Below are positions 34,253-45,600 of a stretch of 64,000 bases of DNA, piece after piece (within the stretch, counting starts at the first letter, position 1; every line of letters begins with the position of its first letter). Made by a program: the position numbers and the translations under genes. The stretch is from Macrostomum lignano (taxonomy: Eukaryota). Location of the stretch: positions 731,670 through 795,669 of the forward strand of contig NIVC01000109.1 in NCBI GenBank assembly GCA_002269645.1, read 5' to 3'. The notes under the pieces are model-generated. The model made no database searches. It saw only the letters and a program-made list of their open reading frames with translations, and was not told where the DNA came from.

Positions 34253-35934
34253 CTACCTGGCAGGCGACTCAGGAGCCCAGGAACGAGCTGTGTGAGTTCT
34301 TCGCCGCCATTGTCAACGCGCCGCCACCCCCGCTGCCAGACAGTCTGACGCTGCCGCCGGAGATGCCGTTGCCGGCAGAGGAGAGCTTCAGCCTAGTACC
34401 AGTCAGCACAGCCGACGTTGTGAGGCTCACCTAACAGCCACCGGGCGGGAAAGCGCTGCGTCCGGACGAGGTGCCCATCGAGGCGCTGCGCGCATCCAAT
34501 GTGTGGCCAGTGAGGTCGCCAGAGTGATGAATCGCGTGCTCTTCGGTGAGGGTGCACCCAAAGAATGGACCACGGCGCACATCGTTGCAGTTCCTAAGAA
34601 GCCGGGCACCACGAGGCTTGAGGAGCATCGAGGCATCTGCCTTCAGTCCTGCGCTGCGAAGCTGTTCAACCGGATGCTGTTATCGCGGTTGCAGCCCGTG
34701 CTGGATCCGTACCTGCGTCCTGAGCAGAACGGCTTCCGGCCCCATCGCGGCACAGTAACGCAGATCCTGGCTCTTCGGCGAGTCATCGAGGAAGCACGGC
34801 TACGCCAGTCGATCCTGATTGTTATCTTCATAGATTTCAAGAAGGCATTCGACTCGGTCGTCAGGTCTGTGCTCCCATAGGTGCTCCGTGCGTACAACGT
34901 GCCAGAGCAGCTGATTTCCGCCATCATGGCGACGTACCGTGATAAGAAAGCTGCTGTTTGAACACCGGACGGCCTATCGGACTCCTTTGAGACATCCTCC
35001 GGGGTGCTTCAAGGAGATACGCTTGCGCCGTTCCTGTTTGTTCTGGTGCTTGACTGGGTGCTGCGGACCGCTCTTCCTACCAACGACGACGGCTTTCTGT
35101 TGCGGCGACGCGTGGGTCGACGTCAACCGGAGAGGCGGCTCAGCGTGCTTGGCTACGCCAACGACCTCGCCCTGCTGTCCTCAACTGTCGAGGGTGCCCA
35201 GCGACAACTGGACAAGCTAGTTGCTGTTGCGAAGAGTGTCGGCCTGGTGGTCAACACGCAGAAAACCGTCGCGTGATCTGCGTGCCGGACGACATCGAGG
35301 CTGCAATTTTATGCCGAGGCGCTGATGGACAGGCGACAGAGCTTCCGCGTTGTCAGCAGTTCGTCTACCTCGGCGGTCTGGTTCCCGGCGTCCGCGAGGA
35401 TCTGCGGCGTCGCCGCGGGCTTGTCTGGGCTGCATTTCGTTCTGTGAGGGCAGTCCTGCAGTCCGAGGCCTTATACCTGACCGCCAGAGGGCGGCGTTGT
35501 ACCAGGCGGTGATCGAGACCGTCCTACTGTACAACGCCGAGACATGGATGCTGACGGAGTCGCTCGAGCAGCAAGTTGACGCGGCGCACTCTGGCCTGCT
35601 GCGCGCCGCCTTCAAGATCGGCTACGAGCGAGTGACCAACGAAGCTTTGTATCGCCGCGCCGGCCTGGTGCGCCACCTGTTGCGCCGTCGGCGACTCCAA
35701 CTGGCAGGCCACATCATCCGCGCCGAGTCGTACTGCCCAGAGCCGGTGCAGGAGGTGCTGCTGCTAACGCTGCAGGCACCCTATATACCGGCGGGGGCAG
35801 GCGCGCACTCCGCGTTTCGTCGACTGCCTACTGGCTGACGCCGGCGCCCCCGATTCGGCTGGCGGCGTGGCGTCCATTCGCGACCTGGCTTTGAAGCGCG
35901 CCCTGTGACGCTAACTGCGTTGTTGTGTTGTTGT
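34253..35934 (+). mobile_element. 5'-truncated RTE-clade non-LTR retrotransposon, defective
   Basis: RT motifs PKKPG, LRPEQNGFRP, FIDFKKAFDSV, GVLQGDTLAPFLF, YANDL (YADD altered). (TTG)n tail, TSD TTACTGTACTA (34242-34252, 35935-35945), stops and frameshifts. Confidence 0.9.
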
Positions 35935-36404
35935 TTACTGTACTATTATTATATGTTAGTATTATACTAATTATATATTATTATTATTATGTGTGTTATA
36001 TTATTATATGCTATTATTATATGTTATTATTAAACTGCATTATGAGATCAGCCTGATGGCCCAACATTTTCGCAGAAGCAAACTATTCAAGAAAATAATT
36101 GCATTACATTTTCTTATGACTGCCTTTCGTTTCCTGGATCGTTAAATTGTTTAGAGGCGGTTTAAATTGTTATCTTTCGGTATTTTTCCATCAATTAGTT
36201 GTTGTTGATGATTGAGTCATTGAGAGAGCAGTGATTGAGGCACTCATACTAATAATTAGTTCTACACGCAAGACGCGACACGGAAGCACACGCGAAAACA
36301 GTCCTGTGCTGCAAATATTTGCGTGACACTAAGTGGCATAAGTTTAAACTTTAAGTTCTTTCTGTTTGTTGCAAGCCCGTTAGGCGATCTTCCGGTTTCT
36401 CGCT

Positions 36405-36700
36405 CTAATAAATTATTCTAACCCCCTTTTCAGAGTCCCAAAGCGATGAAAACGAAATGAAGTTAAGCCAGTCGACTACAGCTTCACTCCCAATTGTGGC
36501 CTCCACTATAACATCTGCAGCCTGCAGGTTCTTTGACCAGAAGTAGATGATGTTGATGAGCTGGAGCAGCAACAGATGACTTCCCTTCAAAAAATTGCAA
36601 ATCCCTTAAAAATGGTTCACATCGAGGTTGCACAGCACGATGCTATTGATGACTTCAATTGCAGGAACAATAGATTGCAGCATTCGAGGTTGGCCAGCCA
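36405..36700 (-). mobile_element. Possible Merlin/IS1595-like transposase N-terminal remnant
   Basis: F..GSHL.L.QLINIIYFW......V..E.......VVDWLNF resembles the Merlin region preceding the DDE domain; no TIRs found. Confidence 0.45.
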
Positions 36701-37994
36701 TAGGCCTATTTTAGATTCAGCAATAGGCCTAGCTGAAAAGTTCAAAAAGAGGGTTAAAATAATTTAAAGTAGGAAACCAAAAGATCACCCATATAGGTGC
36801 TATGCATAGCCTTGGAAGGATCTACCTTGGTGTATCTCGGCATACAGTAAAGGTCTTACTATTTTTTAGTGTATATCAAGATATATCCCAGCATATATAA
36901 CAATACTGGTATAGTTCTAGTTTACTTCGTTATATTCCAACCCCCCTACCCTTGAATAGAGGGCGAAATAATTTAATGCAGTAAACTAGAACTATACCAC
37001 AATACTTAGTTGATACATTGTGTCAAATGACAATTTTTTTATTGGCATATAAACCTAGTATACAAACAAGGTTTAGGGCCTATTCTTTTTTTGGCATTAA
37101 ACCTACAAATATATGATCCAATCTATGGAAGATCTAGGACATTTAGCAATATGCTAATATATTGCTAGGTTAAGTATATTTGATTTTGTCTTATGGACTT
37201 TTAATCTAGCCTAGGTAGTTAAATTGCTAGGCCTAGCCCACTAGCCCTAGGTAGGGGATAATTTGTCTACTAGTTCTTGCTTAGGATAGAATCTTTGCAT
37301 GGCAATTTTGGAATAAAAAGTTATATGTAGATTTTTTCACAAGTTTTTACCCTAAGGCTAGACTATGCAATTTTTTTATTTGAATTTTATGAGTAACCTA
37401 TTTTATAAATGTTTCATACAAAGTTTAATTGTTTAATTAAATATCTAAAATGTTTTTTATATTATTCTTTTTATAGGCCTAATGTAATGCTTAGTGGCTT
37501 TGCTTTTAAATCTGAAATAACTTTGAAATCATTTGAAATAACTTATTATAGCCAATGCCCAACCTCAAAATTTCACCTATCTGGTGCAACTTAGTTTTGT
37601 CCAGATTTGCAACTTACCTATGTACCACTATACTGAAGTACTGAAGGACCGGGGGGAGGGGGTAGCATACCTCGTGCGTGCTTGTGTGTTGTGCTTATTG
37701 AAATATAGAAGTACCTCATTTCTCTTCCCTTTCTCCTGCCCTTACTCTCTTTACTGATTGATTTATCATTCACTTATGCAGCATTGTACTAAACTGCACT
37801 GTAGCCTATACTCTGTAGGCTATACTGTCTACATATTGTATTGTATATTTCTGGCAAACTAGTTCTGGCATAAGTTTAAACTTTAAGTTCTTTACTTAAA
37901 TATATATATGAGTGCATGTGTATATAGGTATATATAGGTATACATTCTTTGAGTCATTATATACTTCACTTAAAGATAGACTTGCACCTGGCTA

Positions 37995-39286
37995 TATGAC
38001 AGCTGAGCAATAAGTTTCCGGTTGTGCCCAGACAGAAATTAGAGAGAAAAAACAGTTATATCTTTTCAAAGTACTCTCCAGCAGATTCAATGTAAATTTT
38101 CATGTGCTTTACCACTTGCTAAAGCAGGCACCTCTTCCACATGCCGGATAAAGGCCTCTACTGCAGCTTCTGGTGATCCATAGTGGATTCCACGCATCCT
38201 GCACTTGATTTGTGGAAACAGGGGGCCAGGTTGAGGCTATAGGGTGGATGACCAAGCTCTTGAATGCACTCTCTGGCCAGGAATTCTGCCACCTGTTGAG
38301 CCTTGTGGGCCGGGGCATTGTTGTGATGGAGAAGGATGCCCCAAGCTCAAGTCCTTGGGCGATGCCTGGAGAGAGTGCTCAGCACTTCTGGTAGGCAAAC
38401 ATTGGCATACCAGTCACCAGTGACTGTGCACTGTTGCATAAGTGGAACTGTGGCCAGATGACTAGTTTTCACCTCAAAAATGGCTACTATCTGCTTTGCC
38501 ACGCTGCACTCTCACCGAAGCTTGGATGGTGGGATGCCACCAACTGGAGTCCACTGGGCCGACTGCTGCTTAGTCTCTTGGTCAAAACTATGGATCTAGG
38601 ACTTGTCATCACTGAAGATATCCCAGACCGAGTTTGAGCTGCCTCTATTGAATCTGTCAAGCATTGTATGGCACCAGGTCACCCGAGCCTCCTTCTGCTC
38701 TGGAGTTAGCTGATAAGGCACCCAGCGTGTAGAAATCTTGCTCAGGTTGAGCTGTGAATGCAGGATTGTCCTGATGGATCCTGATGAAATACCTACCTCT
38801 GCCTCTATATGGGCCAATCACTCGGGCATCATCCTCAACGATGGCCTAGACAGCAGCAACATTATCCTCAGTTGTTGCAGAGACAGACCAGCTGCTGCGC
38901 TCCTCATCATCCAGACTCTGCCTGCCGCATTGAAATTCGGCAAACCAGTCAAAAGTGGTGGATCTAGATGGTGCTTCATCCCCAAAAGCTCCTTGCAATC
39001 GCTCAAGACTTTCTTGCTGCCACAAACCACTTTAAAAATGGCTTTTAAAGTGATAAAAACTTATCATTGCTCTAAAATGACTCCTATTGAGCTCCATTGT
39101 GAATTTGATAGATAGGATGGCTATGCTAGCTTGGTTTGGGATACTGCACTGGCTATGTATGACCAATGTGTTTGAAACTTTACAAACATTGTACTTATAT
39201 AATGTACTTGACACCTATGGTGTCAGATTTGTCAGCTGCCTCTCAACTATACACACCCAGAAACTTATTGCTTAGCCCAAGTTGTA
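37995..39286 (-). mobile_element. Full-length but decayed mariner element (~1.3 kb)
   Basis: Inverted ends GCTGAGCAATAAGTTTCCGGTTGTG vs GCTAAGCAATAAGTTTCTGGGTGTG with TA flanks; transposase motifs RWVPYQLT, HHNNAPAH, HPPYSLNLAP; many frameshifts. Confidence 0.9.
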
Positions 39287-39876
39287 TATTGAATCCTGCA
39301 TGTGAATGGGATGAAAAAGGCCATGAAGACTATTCTATCAACTGGTGCCCCCTTTCTGCAGCTGAAGAATGAAAGCCATTGCTCCTTACATGATGGAAAC
39401 TTGGGTTGTGTAACTCCTAGAGAAGTTAATGATTATTCTAGTGCACATTAAATATTAGAATAAAATTTACCAGCAATCTTAAGTGCAGCCTAGGGATCAG
39501 GTAATGGTGCAGCTGCAGCATATTCAAGAGACTAGAAGCACCACCATCCCATACAGAGAGGGACTGTTAATTGTGGTGCAAAATCCAGAGGTTGTTGCTT
39601 CTAATAGAGATCTATCTGTGCAGAATGCAAAAATTGAGATTCATGTTGCAGATGCAACAACCCACAGGGCGTTACAACAGATATAGCATTTGTGATGACA
39701 GTGAAGTCGAGTGGGACTTACAAGTTTGCTAAAACCATGGGCAAGAAACAATTTCTTCTAACACCATTGTGCTGCACACAAATTGGAGCCTTCTATGTAT
39801 CATGTCTTCAAAAATTTGCCTTATATACAATGCCTAGATACACTACTGCAATGCCTAGAGGACAGGCAAAAAATCT

Positions 39877-40445
39877 CCCGATTGCAACTTAGTTCCTCCC
39901 AATTGCGACTTAGTTCCTCCCGATTGCAACTTAGTTCCTCCTGATTGCGACTTAGTTCCTCCCAATTGCAACTTAGTTCCTCCCAATTGCAACTTAGTTC
40001 CTCCTGATTGCGACTTAGTTCCTCCTGATTGCAACTTAATTCCTCTTGATTGCGACTTAGTTCCTCCTGATTGCAACTTAGTTCCTCCCGATTGCGACTT
40101 AGTTCCTCCCGATTGCGACTTAGTTCCTCCTGATTGTGACTTAGTTCTTCCTGATTGCAACTTAGTTCCTCTTGATTGCAACTTAGTTCCTCCCGATTGC
40201 GACTTAGTTCTTCCTGATTGCGACTTAGTTCTTCCTGATTGCAACTTAGTTCCTCTTGATTGTGACTTAGTTCCTCCCGATTGCAACTTAATTCCTCTTG
40301 ATTGCAACTTAGTTCCTCCCGATTGCGACTTAGTTCCTCCTGATTGTGACTTAGTTCTTCCTGATTGCAACTTAGTTCCTCTTGATTGTGACTTAGTTCC
40401 TCCCAATTGCAACTTAGTTCCTCCTAATTGCTACTTAGTTCCTCT
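39877..40445. repeat. 21-bp minisatellite (GATTGCAACTTAGTTCCTCCT)
   Basis: Seen directly. Confidence 0.95.
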
Positions 40446-42628
40446 GTTCTCTTTTCTTCTCTTTCTCTTTCTCTCTCCTCTTTCCTTCTCTCTCTTTTTT
40501 CTTTCTTTTCCCTTTCTTTTCCTCTCCTTTCTTCTCCCAATTTTTCATTTTTCCCATTTTCAATTTTGCAACTTACCTTGGCTGGCGGCCATTTCACCCA
40601 TCCAGTTCAGATGGGTCGGACAGGTGTTGGGCATGTATGATTGCAAACATTGTCTAGCATAGATGAGCCCTTATTCTTCAATAGTGCTAATGTGGAAAAG
40701 GGGGTGTCTGGTGCAGTTTAGACCTTGGTTGCAATAGGGATAATTTATAATTGATAAATAAATATAAATAATAGGATAATAATGATTAGCAATGCTTACT
40801 CCTATAGTCCCATATTAATAACAATAATATTTATTATTTATATACTATAGTTCAAGTCATAGCAAATATATGTCAATGAAAATTATAGTTTTTTTTTCAA
40901 TTCTATGCTAATATAAATAGAAAAATTATGTCAATATCTATATGCCAAAATTTAAGAGAATATCTATTTTTTAGAAATAAACTTTTATTGAACTTTTAAG
41001 TATAAAGTGTAGTATTCCACTGTAGCTGTGGCTATGGCTACGGGATCCTATGGCAAATATGGTAAAATATGTGCCTATAGCAACTACAGATATGCCTACA
41101 GTAGATAGCTGCTTTTACAGCCATAACTACAAAAATATAGTAGTTGTTGTCATATTCCATAGATTCCTATAGCCATAGTTAATAATTTAAAAATTAAAAA
41201 ATATTAGAAACAAGTAGAGTAAAACAAAGATACTTTGGTAAACTACATTATAGACTTAGAAACTTATAAATTATACCTAATAAATTACAACAAAACATTT
41301 ACAAACCATAACTTTTATTAATGTAAAAAAGTTAAGCAATAGTACTTGTACTTTTAGTAGTGATTAGGTATCATTACTCTGTAAAAAGATAAAATATAAT
41401 CTTTCAAAGGCAATCAAGTGTTTGTTTTATTTTCTATTATATTTTTGTAGTTGTTTAAGCACCAAGTTATCTTCCTGGTTCAAAATATTTTGTTTCTTAG
41501 ACTTTAAGATATTTTGTTAAAACTATGGCTATGGCCATGGGAACTATAGGAATATAGTAATATTGGGGTTTTCAGCGTAACTGTAATGAAACAGACTATG
41601 GGGTATGTTTTCATGTGCAATATTAGTCTGTTAGCATACATTGGCATATAAGAGCTAAGAAAGCAAATTTTGTTCTAGTGTACATTGGTACATAATACTA
41701 ATATTAGGTATGCCCATTCTTATAATATTATATTTTAGCTGCTATGTGAATAAATAAGACATTATTGGCATAGCACTATATGGATAATATTATCATTATT
41801 AAAATAAGATCATAGGAATTAGTGCTTTTATAATGATTATTAATTACTAACTAGTGTTCTACCACTAAACACCATGGATTGCAAAGACTAACTATAAATG
41901 TAACTATAAATTTTTGCCACCTGACTATAGCTGTATATTTTTTGATCAAAATCTTTATAATCCATATTTTCCTATAACTATGGCTATAATATAACAAAAT
42001 TATAAAAAAGCTGCAAACAAATTAATATATGAGAAATCCTAAATATGTTATTACAAATCTTATCTATCTCTTTATTACATATCTAATGACTTCCTAAAAG
42101 GTAATATGTAAAAGGACTTTAATATTTTAACATTGCTTTAGGAAAACATGACTTGCTGCAGATGCAACTACATTATCTATTTATAATTATATCCATAATT
42201 ACAGGGTAACAATATTACTACTTTCTAATTATAAAAACTTGTTTCAAGAGAGAAAATATTCATTTCTGGCCTAATTTGACCTTAATTAACTGAAAAATTA
42301 AGTTTTGCCATTACTTTTTATAAAAGTGCACAAATATTTTATTCATTTTAAAGAATTTTTATTTGTTTAAATTTTCAAAATTTTAATAGTATCAGAATAC
42401 CAAACTATTTGGAAAATAAAAAAATGTATTGTAAGTTACTAAAGTGTATAATTGTTAAGAAAGTATAAATGTGAAAAATACTTAGCATGTAACAAGTGGA
42501 ATGATATTAACATTCACAGTTATTTAGTCAAAAATGTGTTTATAGCCTAGTTATTAGGTATATAATGCTTATTATCAGCAAATGCTAAAAATGCAAGACA
42601 AAGTACATTATTATTCTAACATTTACAG

Positions 42629-45600
42629 GATCCCACAGCCTTGTTTGCAAATCCTAAACTCTCAGTCTCAGTGAAGATTGAGAGGCTGACAAATTTCTTA
42701 GAGACTGCGCCAGTTTTTGTAAGTTTATTTTACATTCTGTGTAATGAGTCTACACAGAAGACTTATTTTAAACTAACTTATACATTAATGAGATGTAGGT
42801 AATGATGAGATGTAGAGATTGATAACATGTAGGTAATGATGAGATGTAGGGATTGATGAGATGCAGGTTAGCAGGTATTGATAAAATGCAGGGCTTGATG
42901 AGATGTAGGGATTGATGAGATGCAGGGAATGATGAGATGCAGGGAATGATGAGATGTAGGAATGATGAGATCTAGGGATTGACGAGATGCAGGGATTGAT
43001 GAGATGCAGGGAATGATGAGATGTAGGGATTGATGAGATGCAGGGATTGATGAGATGCAGGGAATGATGAGATGTAGGGATTGACGAGATGCAGGGATTG
43101 ATGAGATGCAGGGAATGATGAGATGTAGGGATTGACGAGATGCAGGGAATGATGATATAAATGTGTAAGGAATAATCAGAGGTGCATGCAGAGACTGACG
43201 GGGAGATATTCACTGAGAGTGAGTATTTGAGATGCAAGGATGCTAAGCCACTTCTGTACTCCTATCCTCTGCAGGAGGTGCACACTGCCCTGCCAACCCT
43301 GCTGGACAACATCCTTGGCTACGATGGCGACGCCAACTGGCGTCTGCTTAGCCGGCCTTCGCCGAACTCCTCCGCAGCTGCCTCGTCCTCATGGAGCAGT
43401 AGCGGCAGCGGTTCCTCAGCCGAGTACCGGCTCATCCTGAGCTTCCTGGCGCCAGCCGGGCCGCTGTGCCAGTGCCTGCTGCGCCGGCTTCTACCTGATC
43501 AGGCCTGTCGCTATGACTTCCCCGTGTCCCGCCTGTCCCACCGGACCCAGTGCCTGCTGTTGCAGCAGTCTGACGCAGCATCGAATGCAACTGCCGACGC
43601 CAGTTTGCATTTTTTCCGCCAACGATTCAATCAGACTGTTGCTGCTAATGCTGCGTCTTCTTCTGCTGCTGGGGCGCCGGTATTGCGCTTGAATGCGCTG
43701 GAATTGCTGCTGTTCAACCTTATTGGCCATCCGGCTCATGTTGGTTGCCGGGCATCTGATTGGAGAGGCTCAGTTGATTATCTATATTGCCAGCTGCTCA
43801 TGCTGTACATGCAGCATTTCTTGCTCATGACCGACTACTCTGTGCAGCTCTTTGATCGGGACTTTGCCGCCGCAGCCATCGCCCCCGCTGTTGATGTCGA
43901 CGGATTCGGCTACGGCTACGGCTACTCGTCTCTGATTGGTCGAGCCGGCAGAACCGGAGCCGGGGAGCCGCCCTATCCGGTTGATTGCTTTGTCCAATCG
44001 CTGCTGGAGTTCTGGATCGGCTGGTGCTGCTTGGATTGCCGCCACGCGCCTTGTTTGACCACCTGCTCGGGGATTGCTAGGGACTTCCTGGTGAGCTGGC
44101 TTGCTGATTGGGGAGTCTTGGTTGCTGATTGGGAAGTCTTGGTTGCTGATTGGGAAGTCTTGGTTGCTGATTGGGGAGTCTTGGTTGCAGATTGGGGAGT
44201 CTTGGTTGCAGATTGGGGAGTCTTGTTGCTGATTGGGGAGCTGAATTGCTGATTGGGAGAGTCTTGGTTGCTGATTGGGGAGCTGAATTGCTGATTGGAG
44301 AGCTGATTGGGAGAGTCTTGGTTGCAGATTGGGGAGTCTTGTTGCTGATTGGGGAGCTGAATTGCTGATTGGGAGAGTCTTGGTTGCTGATTGGGGAGCT
44401 GAATTGCTGATTGGAGAGCTGATTGGGAGAGTCTTGGTTGCTGATTGGGAGAGTCTTGGTTGCTAATTGGGAGAGTCTTGGTTGCTGATTGGGAGTGTTG
44501 GTTGCTGATTGAAATGGAGTCTTGGTTGCTGATTGGGGAGGCCACCCTGACAATGGTATCTAAACCTACCCTGAGAATTAGCTGTTTACTTCCGCCTTCT
44601 ACTTGCCGCCGCCAACAGGAAGACCTGCACCCCACGCCTGACCACGTGTGCCTGGTCCGCCTGGCGGTAAAGTACCTGCATCATTTTGCGTACGCGCCTC
44701 GCCTCGCCGGCCTGCCCCGGCCCGACACCAGCCCCCGGGCGCCGCAGCTGCTCCTGGGTGCCGACCGCTACCGCAGCGAGCGGCTGCCACGTCTGCTGCA
44801 ACCGAAGCTGGCCGGGTTTTTCGATTTTACATTTCAACAATGGCCGTACGATACTAGCTTCCGGTTTGTGCTGGAGGCCTGGCTGTCATATCTGCAGGTG
44901 TGTGTGTGATCGTTGCAGTGTGATCTTTTAGGCAGGTTGGTCACTTGCGTGTGTTTTTGCTCATTGCAGTGTGATCTTTTAGGCAGGTTGGTCACTTGCG
45001 TGTGTTTTTGCTCATTGCAGTGTGATCTTTTAGGCAGGTTGGTCACTTGCGTGTGTTTTTGCTCATTGCAGTGTGATCTTTTAGGCAGGTTGGTCACTTG
45101 TATGCGTTTGTGATCATTACAGTGTGACCTTATAGCCAGGTTGATTACCTATGTGTTTGTGATCACTGCAGTGGGACTTTATAGCCAAGTTGGTCACGTG
45201 TGTGTGATCACTGCAGTGGGACCTTATAGGCAGGTTGGTCACAGGTGTGATCATTGTAGTGTAACCTTTATAGGTAGGTCAGTCGCAGGTGTGCTATAAG
45301 AACATATTTAATGATTGTTCTCTGTTCTCATTAGGTAACTCTTGACCAGTTAGGCTACCGATATGTAGCGCAGATAACTTTCTCGGTTAGGTTTATGGGG
45401 GGGGGGGTTAACAAGCTTAATGTTTCATAAGCCCGACTGTTGGAGCAAAGAGTTTGAAGCCGTCAATTCCTCATTTTGCTGTTCATCCTTTCGCGCTCGC
45501 CGCAGCCCTGGCGCTATGTGGACTCGCCGATGCACCCGGCAACTGGTGGGACGGACGTCTCCCCCGGCACAGGCTGGTCAGCCTTTGTTGAGTCCAATGC

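Noticed and set aside
39480-39850. Possible Cys-rich transposase C-terminus
   Set aside because: Too degenerate to assign
43182-44252. 356-aa single ORF as the full first SMPD4 exon
   Set aside because: Both ends are intronic; the true exon is 43275-44090, bounded by CAG and GTGAG
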